Origin: a virus
Lineage: Duplodnaviria > Caudoviricetes
DNA length: 64,000 nt
IMG/VR virus record: IMGVR_UViG_3300029288_000085
Coordinates: 64,001 to 128,000 of that record
Strand: one strand, 5' to 3'
The notes beneath the pieces are model-generated. The model was not told where the DNA came from. It ran no database searches and saw only the letters and a list, made by a program, of their open reading frames with translations. Below are positions 19,869 to 28,925 of the stretch, one piece after another (within the stretch, counting starts at the first letter, position 1; each line of letters starts with the position of its first letter). The translations under genes were made by a program, and so were the position numbers.

Positions 19869-20057
19869 TTATTTACCTTTCTTTTTTCGCTTAAAGCCCT
19901 TGAGCGTCTTAGCAAGTGCTCACCTACGTTTGCTTGTAGATGAGAGGCTAGACTGAGCACAATATTCAGAAATTGACATCCCTCTACGATCTGCGGAGGC
20001 TATCAAACTTCCTTTTTTAGAAATAGCACTGGCGATCCAATTCTTTTTCTTAGCCAT
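19869..20057 (-). CDS. Small basic phage protein with an in-frame TGA at codon 46 (readthrough/Sec candidate or pseudogene; not in the ORF track)
   Basis: MAKKKNWIASAISKKGSLIASADRRGMSISEYCAQSSLSSTSKRR-TGA-ALAKTLKGFKRKKKGK-TAA, with the TAA abutting the next ATG. Confidence 0.65.
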
Positions 20058-20313
20058 CTAACTCATCACTTCCAATATCAGAATTCACAGTGTCTAAAAC
20101 TATGTCTGATTTACTTATCACTTTTCGTTTTATCTTAACTGGAGTCCATCTCATACGTTTTGATCTCTTCCGTGAAAAGGTATCACCGTTTGTCGATCTT
20201 AGAAGAACTCTGCCATTATTCAAAAACTTAACAAATTCAATCTTGTACCATTTATATCTTAATGAGTGTATTTCAACATACACCTTCTTTTGTTTTTTGA
20301 ATTGTTTTTTCAT
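20050..20313 (-). CDS. Basic hypothetical protein
   Basis: ORF track; overlaps its neighbours at start and stop. Confidence 0.6.
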   Translation of the reverse strand: MKKQFKKQKKVYVEIHSLRYKWYKIEFVKFLNNGRVLLRSTNGDTFSRKRSKRMRWTPVKIKRKVISKSDIVLDTVNSDIGSDELDG

Positions 20314-20477
20314 TATTTTCTTTTCCGTTTATTTCTCCTTGTTATTGGAGATTTTGATTTTCTTCTTTTTCTTTTATTCCACCCTTTTGCATGTCCATGT
20401 TCACTGACCCACTTTTTCCAAATATCTGGGTGGTTTATCATTAAAAAATACTCTTGGTCTATAGAGGCAAAAGGCAT
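20313..20477 (-). CDS. Small basic phage protein, 54 aa (MPF.S..Q..(Y/F)L..NHP.I..KW type; not in the ORF track)
   Basis: MPFASIDQEYFLMINHPDIWKKWVSEHGHAKGWNKRKRRK...; TAATG coupling at both ends and a GAGGTG RBS. Confidence 0.7.
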   Translation of the reverse strand: MPFASIDQEYFLMINHPDIWKKWVSEHGHAKGWNKRKRRKSKSPITRRNKRKRK

Positions 20478-20560
20478 TATTTAGGACACCTCATCTCATA
20501 ATATCTACATCCTTTTTGTTGGTGTACTTCTTTACACTCTTTACAAAAAGTAATTCTCAT
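20477..20560 (-). pseudogene. C-terminal remnant of an HNH endonuclease (27 codons)
   Basis: MRITFCKECKEVHQQKGCRYYEMRCPK aligns with the end of HNH 17381..18319 (GITLCKECERKVHSIEGCKLSDMQCK). Confidence 0.7.
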
Positions 20561-21586
20561 TTAACATCTTCCGATCCGAATATTCTTGCGTATATATCTA
20601 GACAATAATTTTTTGGCTAATGAACATATTGAAGTCTTTTCAGATGAAGATCCATCACCAAAACTTACAGCTACATCTCCTATTGCTACACTTCTAGCTC
20701 CTAAATCTTTGTATGTTGAAAGTGTTTCAATCTGTTGGTTTTCTGCAATGAAAAGAGTCTGTTCACTCTGTGCATCTTTTATATCTTTAGATAGTGGAAA
20801 AAATAACTTGAATTGAGAGTTAATTGTAGGAGACGCTGAAAACGATGATTCAAGTGTTATAGATCCGGTGGTTACATTTGATTTACTGATATTTCTTATT
20901 TCATAAAGTGGAGTACCAGTAGTTATATGTATAGTACCTTTTGCAAAAAAATTGGTTGGATATTCATTATAAGTAGATGATTTCAATGTGGAATTTCTAA
21001 AGGAACTAGTTGTAAATGGGGTTCCACAGTTACCAGTTTTTACTTCATGATCATCTCGTGGAAATTGTAATGCTTGTGAATCATAATATTTCTGACCAAT
21101 AAAACTAAATGAATCTATTTCTTTTGCTGATTCAATTAGTAGTCTTTTTTTACCTTCAACATCCAAAGTATCCCACTTATTATCATGCCCATACTTATTT
21201 CTGATATAATCATTTGCTTCCTTTAAAGTGATATATGAATTTGCACTCATATCACCTAAATTCGTATTTAATGTAACATTTCCAAACACTTCACAAGTTA
21301 TATATTTTATATATCTATCTCCAGTGCTAGTCTTTGCACGAATTTTAATCGAATAAGTTTCACCAGTTACTCCTCTATTGAGTCTAAATTTACCTGTTCT
21401 TGGAGAACTTGCAGAAACATTAGACATCATACTGGCATTTTTAGACACATTGTTGTTATCATAAATAGATGCCCAACAACTAGCAATAGTATCACCAGAG
21501 GGAAATTCGTTTGTAAAGTCGTACTTTACATTGAATATTTCTGCTGGATACTTATATAACCAAGAATTTTCATAGGTAAATTTCAT
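20561..21586 (-). CDS. Head-tail adaptor (DnaT-like domain) fused to an N-terminal fibre-adaptor-like domain
   Basis: ANSY.TL.EA..Y...W...L..A..ID..F.G.K...QALQFPR, IKDAQ.EQ and IGDVAVSF adaptor motifs. The N-terminal K.P.E....YDF....GDTI.S...G..G..Y.I..A.TS.G domain is an extra module. Confidence 0.75.
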   Translation of the reverse strand: MKFTYENSWLYKYPAEIFNVKYDFTNEFPSGDTIASCWASIYDNNNVSKNASMMSNVSASSPRTGKFRLNRGVTGETYSIKIRAKTSTGDRYIKYITCEVFGNVTLNTNLGDMSANSYITLKEANDYIRNKYGHDNKWDTLDVEGKKRLLIESAKEIDSFSFIGQKYYDSQALQFPRDDHEVKTGNCGTPFTTSSFRNSTLKSSTYNEYPTNFFAKGTIHITTGTPLYEIRNISKSNVTTGSITLESSFSASPTINSQFKLFFPLSKDIKDAQSEQTLFIAENQQIETLSTYKDLGARSVAIGDVAVSFGDGSSSEKTSICSLAKKLLSRYIRKNIRIGRC

Positions 21587-21599
21587 TTGACATACTTCC

Positions 21600-23810
21600 T
21601 TATTTAAATGTTGTTTTCCTTTTATTGGATATAAAGCTTCTAGATCTCGTTATAATTAGACTAGATGACTTTCTTATTTCTGCAAAATTTCTTGTTCTTT
21701 CTAAATCATTAAATTCATATCTGAATACATCATATGATGAACTTTGTGAACTAGAGCTAGAAGACTTTGAGCTAGATGATTTAGAACTAGAAGACTTAGA
21801 GCTAGAAGACTTTGAGCTAGACGACTTAGAACTACTGACAGAGCTAGAACTTTGTGAACTAGAGCTAGAAGACTTAGAACTAGACGACTTAGAACTACTA
21901 ACAGAACTAGAACTTTGTGAACTAGAACTAGAAGACTTAGAACTACTAACCGAACTAGAGCTAGAAGACTTAGAACTACTTTGTGAGCTAGAACTAGATG
22001 ATTTAGAACTAGACGACTTAGAACTACTAACCGAACTAGAGCTAGAAGACTTTGAGCTAGAAGACTTAGAACTACTTTGTGAGCTAGAACTAGATGATTT
22101 AGAACTACTTTGTGAGCTAGAACTAGAAGACTTAGAACTACTTTGTGAGCTAGAACTAGAAGACTTAGAACTACTTTGTGAGCTAGAACTAGATGATTTA
22201 GAACTACTTTGTGAGCTAGAACTAGATGATTTAGAACTACTAACCGAACTAGAGCTAGAAGACTTAGAACTACTAACAGAACTAGAACTTTGTGAACTAG
22301 AACTAGAAGACTTAGAACTACTAACCGAACTAGAGCTAGAAGACTTAGAGCTACTAACCGAACTAGAACTAGATGACTTAGAGCTACTAACCGAACTAGA
22401 ACTAGATGACTTAGAGCTACTTTGTGAGCTAGAACTCTGTGAACTAGAACTAGAAGACTTAGAACTAGATGATTTAGAACTACTAACAGAACTAGAGCTA
22501 GAAGACTTAGAACTACTAACAGAGCTAGAACTCTGTGAACTAGAACTAGAAGACTTAGAACTAGATGATTTAGAACTACTAACAGAACTAGAGCTAGAAG
22601 ACTTAGAACTACTTTGTGAACTAGAACTAGAAGACTTAGAACTAGATGATTTAGAACTACTAACCGAACTAGAACTTTGTGAACTAGAGCTAGAAGACTT
22701 AGAACTACTAACAGAACTAGAACTTTGTGAACTAGAACTAGATGATTTAGAACTACTCTGTGAACTAGAGCTAGAAGACTTAGAACTACTTTGTGAACTA
22801 GAACTAGAAGACTTAGAACTAGACGACTTAGAACTCGACGACTTAGAACTACTAACAGAACTAGAACTCTGTGAACTAGAACTAGAAGACTTAGAACTAG
22901 ATGATTTAGAACTACTGACAGAGCTAGAACTCTGTGAACTAGAACTAGACGACTTAGAACTACTAACCGAACTAGAGCTAGAAGACTTTGAGCTAGAAGA
23001 CTTAGAACTACTTTGTGAGCTAGAACTAGATGATTTAGAACTACTTTGTGAGCTAGAACTAGAAGACTTAGAACTACTAACCGAACTAGAGCTAGAAGAC
23101 TTAGAACTACTTTGTGAGCTAGAACTAGATGATTTAGAACTAGATCTACTTGAACTTATACTTGAAGAACTTTTACTAGAAGATGATTTACTTGAACTAG
23201 ACTTAGAACTAGATGATTTAGAACTACTTTGTGAGCTAGAACTAGAACTAACAAAAGTACCCCCGCCAAAATCATCAATTCTAAGATTAGTTCCATAACA
23301 ACATAGTCCGATATATCCAGCAGACCCATAAGTTGAATCTGTTGTGGATAATTTTTCAGTCCATGCTCCTCCTGTGTAATAATAAGCTTTTAAGGCTGTA
23401 CCTATCGCCGAAAGTCCAATTTTCTCCCCACTGGCTACATTCTGAGTCGTAGTTGCTAAGGTTGTCCATCCACCATTAAGCATCTCGTTGATGTCCCATG
23501 TGTCAGGAGAATCATTCAGATTTATATCTAAAATATATCCATCGCAAGTACCAATGTTTAAGGTTGTAGTTCTAATTGCAAGAGATACTTCATCATTAGT
23601 TACAGTGGATATAGTTGCAAAGACTTCGGAAGCAGCCCCAAATGTTGCAGTGTCCCAAGCTCCAACATTAAGGGCACCAGCAGTTCCTCCTGTACACGCA
23701 TTACTCTGAATCTTAAGTGTATTGAGCATATTCGTCCAATTCGCATTGGGCGGGGTGGTATTATTCGCACCCGTGAATGTTTCAATTACACCAGTAGTAG
23801 GAAATGCCAT
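21600..23810 (-). CDS. Serine-rich repeat protein: 187 aa lectin/ConA-like N-domain, 505 aa poly-Ser stalk, 44 aa C-terminal tail
   Basis: Direct translation. No signal peptide is visible. It is coupled to the upstream ORF by TAATG and runs in the same direction as all flanking genes. Confidence 0.85.
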   Translation of the reverse strand: MAFPTTGVIETFTGANNTTPPNANWTNMLNTLKIQSNACTGGTAGALNVGAWDTATFGAASEVFATISTVTNDEVSLAIRTTTLNIGTCDGYILDINLNDSPDTWDINEMLNGGWTTLATTTQNVASGEKIGLSAIGTALKAYYYTGGAWTEKLSTTDSTYGSAGYIGLCCYGTNLRIDDFGGGTFVSSSSSSQSSSKSSSSKSSSSKSSSSKSSSSISSSRSSSKSSSSSSQSSSKSSSSSSVSSSKSSSSSSQSSSKSSSSSSQSSSKSSSSKSSSSSSVSSSKSSSSSSQSSSSVSSSKSSSSKSSSSSSQSSSSVSSSKSSSSKSSSSKSSSSSSQSSSKSSSSSSQSSSKSSSSSSQSSSSVSSSKSSSSSSQSSSSVSSSKSSSSKSSSSSSQSSSKSSSSSSVSSSKSSSSKSSSSSSQSSSSVSSSKSSSSSSVSSSKSSSSKSSSSSSQSSSSQSSSKSSSSSSVSSSKSSSSSSVSSSKSSSSSSVSSSKSSSSSSQSSSSVSSSKSSSSSSVSSSKSSSSSSQSSSKSSSSSSQSSSKSSSSSSQSSSKSSSSSSQSSSKSSSSSSQSSSKSSSSKSSSSSSVSSSKSSSSKSSSSSSQSSSKSSSSSSVSSSKSSSSSSQSSSSVSSSKSSSSKSSSSSSQSSSSVSSSKSSSSKSSSSKSSSSKSSSSKSSSSSSQSSSYDVFRYEFNDLERTRNFAEIRKSSSLIITRSRSFISNKRKTTFK
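21735..23249 (-). repeat. Low-complexity coding tandem repeat (alternating TCT/AGY Ser codons punctuated by K, Q, V)
   Basis: Plus strand shows CTAGAA/CTAGAG hexamer runs over about 1.5 kb. Confidence 0.95.
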
Positions 23811-24319
23811 TAGCTGTTCGCTACCTCATCATCAGTTGCATCAATACTTTTTGTTGGTCGTGTATCACCATCAACTACTAATTCTCCACTTGTAGTATCT
23901 AATCTAGGAGTTAGTCTTCTTCTAGCAGCAAATCTTAAGACATCACCTAAAGTTTTTTCTCCAATATCACTTCCAATATTATCTCTAATCTCTTGTAGAG
24001 GATACCCCATATTTCTAAGTTTATTTACAATCGTACTTTTCTGTTGTGATGTGAGATCAGATAATGAATGTGACAACATATTCTTAGGTAATCGTATAAC
24101 TCCTGTTAATGCAGCTATAGCATTCAAAGTCTGATCAGATGCCCGTATTTTAGCAATTATTACATTTCCAAGAGCTTCAGATCCCGCCCAAGCTCCACCA
24201 TCTCCAAAAATCTGACTTGATAATTCTAAGAATTTTGGTCTTCTAGTCCATTTTGGAAATCCGTTTGGATCAGGATTAACCCATATAGTATAAGGTGCTA
24301 TAAACCATGCTACAGACAT
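23810..24319 (-). CDS. Hypothetical protein translationally coupled to the Ser-rich protein
   Basis: ORF track, TAATG overlap, AAGGGG RBS. Confidence 0.7.
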   Translation of the reverse strand: MSVAWFIAPYTIWVNPDPNGFPKWTRRPKFLELSSQIFGDGGAWAGSEALGNVIIAKIRASDQTLNAIAALTGVIRLPKNMLSHSLSDLTSQQKSTIVNKLRNMGYPLQEIRDNIGSDIGEKTLGDVLRFAARRRLTPRLDTTSGELVVDGDTRPTKSIDATDDEVANS

Positions 24320-24345
24320 TGTAGAATTCCCCCTTTTAAATATTA

Positions 24346-25047
24346 CTATGCTAAAATATAATATTTTCTCAACAAACTGTCGAGACGTTCTGATACTGAA
24401 ACAATACCAGTATTCTTTCTATTCAACCTATGAATTTCCCAAGCAATCCTACTAAGCGGATTCATATGAGAAACTAAGATAGGCTTTTCAGCTCTTTGTC
24501 CTCTTTCTTTATAACCAGAACATCCTACATTATAGGTAGAATTGATTATAGTTACTCTATCTCTAACTGTGGATGACTTTAGAATTTTATTAAGGGTTGG
24601 TTCTTCTTTATTCTCACCCTTTGAAATAATAGTTGTTATAATGTTTATTATATCTTTTGCTGCTGGATATCTCCAAAATACACTTCCACCATTTAATTTA
24701 GGATTACTGTATGTTGCAATTCCTACATCTTTTATTTCTGGTGGATCGAACTTATAATTTTGCCAACAATCTAGGTCTTGACTCCATATGATGTTATCAT
24801 TAATAAGATTTTCAAAAATCCACAGTAATGCAAACATCTTTGACCCAGTTAAACAATGTTTATTCAATTCTATATTATTTGCACTTACTCCCATAAATTC
24901 AAAATCAAAATTACTCACTAAGATAATATCCTTCTTATTCCATTCTAATTCAATCATGTTATCTATCTGTGCTTTTAAATTAGTGATTATATTTTCTTTT
25001 GAATAACGACCTTTTGATTGCACGTTTGCAACCATTAATCTTTTCAT
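24346..25047 (-). CDS. GT-A fold glycosyltransferase (nucleotide-diphospho-sugar transferase / GT8-like)
   Basis: DLD (DxD) motif, NGGSVF, and Y/N-V-G...H near the C-terminus. Confidence 0.65.
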   Translation of the reverse strand: MKRLMVANVQSKGRYSKENIITNLKAQIDNMIELEWNKKDIILVSNFDFEFMGVSANNIELNKHCLTGSKMFALLWIFENLINDNIIWSQDLDCWQNYKFDPPEIKDVGIATYSNPKLNGGSVFWRYPAAKDIINIITTIISKGENKEEPTLNKILKSSTVRDRVTIINSTYNVGCSGYKERGQRAEKPILVSHMNPLSRIAWEIHRLNRKNTGIVSVSERLDSLLRKYYILA

Positions 25048-25895
25048 ATATCTATCTCTTGCTCAAAATTCTTAATAAGATGTGCCTTACCCCAATGTTG
25101 ATTCATATTTGCTTTAAATTTTTTACAAGCAATATTACAAAGTGAAATTAAAGCATTTCTTCTCTGGGTATACTTCCAATCTTTATCAGGATAGTTATCA
25201 ATAAAATGACGTTTATGATGTTCTACTACTTGACAGAAATCACCAGTGAACTTTGTTATTGTAAATCCCAAATGGTATGCTCTACACAGAATATCCTCAT
25301 CATCAAATCCATAAGCAGAACCGAAGGATTCATCGTAGCCTCCTAAATCATCAATAAATCTACTTTTGAAAAATCCTAATCTTCCTCTATTTGTTTGCTT
25401 ACTCTTAATAAAGACTAGTTTGTCAGTATCAAACTGATTAGCTATTTCATTTATTCTTTTCGAAAATCCAAAAAGGGTTAAATGATCTGCATCAACATTA
25501 TTGACTATATCTCCTGATGCAATTTTGAAAGCTATGTTTCGTGAGTGTGTCATACTATAGAACTTTGGTTCTATTGTTTTATAGTAATTCAAATAACCTT
25601 CTTTAATATATTCTGACAACTCATGCTTAACAAAGTCATCCATATCATCATTACTGTTATAGTTCAATAATACAAACTCCGTATTTGGGTACGTTTCAAT
25701 ATTATCAATTAAATTAGTAACATATGTTTTTTTAAGATCATAAGTTCTTCCCATACACGTAGTGCAAATTGAAATCTTATATTCTTTTCTTATTGGATTT
25801 ATAAATTCTGGTAAAACATACTCAAGGTTGAAATACTTTTCCCACACGTCTTCATTAGTCAAACCTAATAAGAAATCATCTCTCATCCTCATCAT
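25044..25895 (-). CDS. GT2/GT7-like glycosyltransferase
   Basis: ISICTTCMGR, SRNIA, NVDAD, GGYDE.F...YGFDDED. Confidence 0.85.
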   Translation of the reverse strand: MMRMRDDFLLGLTNEDVWEKYFNLEYVLPEFINPIRKEYKISICTTCMGRTYDLKKTYVTNLIDNIETYPNTEFVLLNYNSNDDMDDFVKHELSEYIKEGYLNYYKTIEPKFYSMTHSRNIAFKIASGDIVNNVDADHLTLFGFSKRINEIANQFDTDKLVFIKSKQTNRGRLGFFKSRFIDDLGGYDESFGSAYGFDDEDILCRAYHLGFTITKFTGDFCQVVEHHKRHFIDNYPDKDWKYTQRRNALISLCNIACKKFKANMNQHWGKAHLIKNFEQEIDI

Positions 25896-26410
25896 AGTTT
25901 AGTTGCCCACACACAATCCTCTAACAGTGTAATATTGTTACCAAATAATCTATCTATCACTACAGCTACATCCTTATGTCTTCGAGAATTATAGTCATGC
26001 CCAGACAATATACCATCTTTTCTGATATGAGGAATCCAAGCAATGATATCCCGTTCTAATGCTGCCATGGAATGATCTGCGTCTATATAAACCATGTCAA
26101 AATATTCTAGTGGAAATATACTTGCTGCTTCAACAGATTCCATCCTTAAAACTTTCAAAGCAGAAAAATATCTCATTAAAGTACAGGCATATTTATATAG
26201 ACTATTCCAATCGTTTGGAGTAAGTCTAGACATACGACCTTTATCACTTCCAAAGAAGCACCACGAATCAATTGCCCAATATTCCTTCACTTGTTTAGTA
26301 TTCTTAAGTACATGTTTTACGGTTTTACTTTTCCATATTCCTACTTCTGCAATCCTTTTACACTTATTATCTAGTATAAGTTTTAATACTGATTCACTAT
26401 GAATTGGCAT
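25892..26410 (-). CDS. Class I SAM methyltransferase (Methyltransf_24-like)
   Basis: AEVG.W, DMVYIDADH, G.LSGHDY. Confidence 0.9.
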   Translation of the reverse strand: MPIHSESVLKLILDNKCKRIAEVGIWKSKTVKHVLKNTKQVKEYWAIDSWCFFGSDKGRMSRLTPNDWNSLYKYACTLMRYFSALKVLRMESVEAASIFPLEYFDMVYIDADHSMAALERDIIAWIPHIRKDGILSGHDYNSRRHKDVAVVIDRLFGNNITLLEDCVWATKL

Positions 26411-28925
26411 AAATATCTATAATTACCTCATTCCACTTTGCGGGGTCTAAATTAGCTTTTGCCCAATCTTTAGCATTTTGACCCAATGCTTGTCGAAATT
26501 TTTCTTTTCTTATTAATGTACTGAGATGAACTAAACATTCATCATAATGAGTAAAATAGTATCCTGTATCACCATGAATTATTCTATCTTTTGTACCATC
26601 TCTAGGTTCTGAGAGAATTGGCAATCCGGTAGCTAAAGCTTCTGCAATACAACGAGGATAGTTATCTCTCCACATATTACTTGTTCGATATAAATATATA
26701 TGTCCTTTGCTTAAAAATTCTTCTACTGGGATTTCATCCCATTTAAAGAACTTCATCCGTGGTTCATCCTTAAAGAATTCTGCAAGTTCTTTATGAGCTT
26801 CCATAAACCAAAATTGTGTATTCTTAGTATCTTTGAGAAGTCTCTGATAAAATTTAGTATCTAATTCCTTATCAAGATGTTTCTGCCATATATGTATTTT
26901 GCTTCCATTCTTCACAGATTCATTAGTAGTATATTTTCTATAATCTGGAGTACAATGTTTAAGTACTATGAGAGGTTCATCTTTTTCTCTTGGTTTTGTA
27001 CATACCTCGTAGAATTTATTCATATCTATAGCTCCAAATAATACTATCTTCTTCGTATTATCAAATCCAATAACTTGTCTTTCCCATTCCTGTTTCTTCT
27101 CTTCATTTTGAAATATAACTGCCTTCAACTTATTTGATTTGATAAGCCATTCTGAAATATCAGGATTCTTGAGATGACCAAACATATAATTAATGCCTAT
27201 TATAAGTATAGAACATTTATCAACTAATTTCTTACCAGCTTGTAAAAAATCATTTATATTATCGTTACCATAGAATAGTAACGGGGTATTTTCAATACAT
27301 TCAGATATACATCTTCCACCATCGGGCTTGAAACTATAGTTTGATAGGTGTACATTCTTAGATTTTATATCTTTATAATTTTCATGTACACTATCCCAAG
27401 GAAATAATTGGACATCCCACCCTGCATCACCTAATACATCAGCAATCTTAATCAGACTTTGTTCCCCACCACCATGACTACTGAGACTACCTAACAGATT
27501 TATAGATTTAGTTTTTTCAACAATTTCAAAGCTATTAGAAATTTTAATTGCATCATCAGTATTTACTTTATCGCATGCAACACACGTTGTACAATCATCA
27601 CTATCAGAAGCTATGCAATCTCTTCTGTTCATATATGTATAAATATCTCCTTCATAATATCGTTTTATTGCTCTTATGACATCGTCCGAAGTAATCACAT
27701 CCATACACTCTTGGATAGTTCTACCATCAGAAGAAGTTGTACTTTTACATAAATTCTTATTTTGCTTTGGATCTTTAGGTATAGGTATAATCCTAGATTT
27801 CCAACATCCACCATTATCACAACATGTAAATACTCCATTTGTATGAAGAATCTGATGATTACAGTATTCTGTCCACGCTTTTGACTCTCTACCACCTTCT
27901 ATAACTACACAGGGCTTTCTCCCTTTTTCAGTATACTTAGATGGAATTGCTGCTGCAAGATGCATTAACATACTGATACCGCTAATGCAACCATCAGCAT
28001 GATAGACTAGGGAAACTAGTGGTCTCATATTATCATTGAATTTATCAGTCAAATCAATGATATTATTCAACTTTTCTACTAAATGATCACTTCGTCCTAT
28101 AACTACAAATTTTATCTTTCCTTCAAAATGGTCTATGACTTCTTGGAATCTTCTCCAATCCCAAATCTTTGTAGTGGCATCCCGTTTTCCTCCAGGAGCT
28201 ATTAGCCAATACTTATTATATCCATATACCTTTTGTATAAGATCATGTTTCTTTTCATCTTCACTTAAATGAATATCCCCACGTTGTCTAGCAAATGACT
28301 TTCCAAAGTTCTTATATTGATTTACTAATGAGATGAATGGTTCATGAGAATTAGCATTCTTGTCTGGTTTACCAAGACAAGGATCTCCTACTTCACCATT
28401 TGCAAAAGCACTACAGAATTCTCCTAATGACACAGGAAGACTTTTATGTAAATCAGTGATAGCAATCATATCTAATAGAAATGCCATCGTGAAGTGTACG
28501 TATGTATTATTTGCCGACGCAATTGCTGGATATCCAACATCATAATATTCAACATCTTTGTCTTCTTTTTTCAAAGACCTATCTATATATGGATTATTTT
28601 CCCAAATCCAAGGTTGACTACTATCTACATTTATTCTTATATCTGGAAAGAGAAGTTTGAAATCTCTAACCCCTGCACTAAACATTAAGGCATCTCCTAC
28701 TGCTCGTTTATGTGCAAAGATTATTTTTCTATCATTATTATCTGATTCTGTTAAATTCTGAGCCACTTCTTTTTTGAATATTGTATCATCAGGAGTATGA
28801 AGATGTAGATGACCGTCATCAAACTTCAACCCGATCAATACTTGGCTTAAACTTTTATCACCAATTTCTTTTGTTTTGAGTATATCTTCTGCCTCATCTA
28901 GAAGTCTCTGTTTTATCTTATTCAC
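26397..28925 (-). CDS. Two-domain glycosyltransferase: GT9 (heptosyltransferase-like) plus GT4-like
   Basis: N-domain RAVGDALM, APGGK..T.K.W, LMHLAAA; C-domain GGGEQS, R.IAEALATGLP. Confidence 0.85.
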   Translation of the reverse strand: MNKIKQRLLDEAEDILKTKEIGDKSLSQVLIGLKFDDGHLHLHTPDDTIFKKEVAQNLTESDNNDRKIIFAHKRAVGDALMFSAGVRDFKLLFPDIRINVDSSQPWIWENNPYIDRSLKKEDKDVEYYDVGYPAIASANNTYVHFTMAFLLDMIAITDLHKSLPVSLGEFCSAFANGEVGDPCLGKPDKNANSHEPFISLVNQYKNFGKSFARQRGDIHLSEDEKKHDLIQKVYGYNKYWLIAPGGKRDATTKIWDWRRFQEVIDHFEGKIKFVVIGRSDHLVEKLNNIIDLTDKFNDNMRPLVSLVYHADGCISGISMLMHLAAAIPSKYTEKGRKPCVVIEGGRESKAWTEYCNHQILHTNGVFTCCDNGGCWKSRIIPIPKDPKQNKNLCKSTTSSDGRTIQECMDVITSDDVIRAIKRYYEGDIYTYMNRRDCIASDSDDCTTCVACDKVNTDDAIKISNSFEIVEKTKSINLLGSLSSHGGGEQSLIKIADVLGDAGWDVQLFPWDSVHENYKDIKSKNVHLSNYSFKPDGGRCISECIENTPLLFYGNDNINDFLQAGKKLVDKCSILIIGINYMFGHLKNPDISEWLIKSNKLKAVIFQNEEKKQEWERQVIGFDNTKKIVLFGAIDMNKFYEVCTKPREKDEPLIVLKHCTPDYRKYTTNESVKNGSKIHIWQKHLDKELDTKFYQRLLKDTKNTQFWFMEAHKELAEFFKDEPRMKFFKWDEIPVEEFLSKGHIYLYRTSNMWRDNYPRCIAEALATGLPILSEPRDGTKDRIIHGDTGYYFTHYDECLVHLSTLIRKEKFRQALGQNAKDWAKANLDPAKWNEVIIDIYANS

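Noticed and set aside
21735-23249. CRISPR or satellite interpretation of the CTAGAA repeats
   Set aside because: In-frame coding low-complexity tract with no unique spacers.
21625-23298. 557 aa plus-strand ELELEDL ORF
   Set aside because: Antisense shadow of the TCT/AGY Ser repeat. It runs opposite to the operon and has no globular domain, whereas the minus ORF has folded termini and a coupled start.
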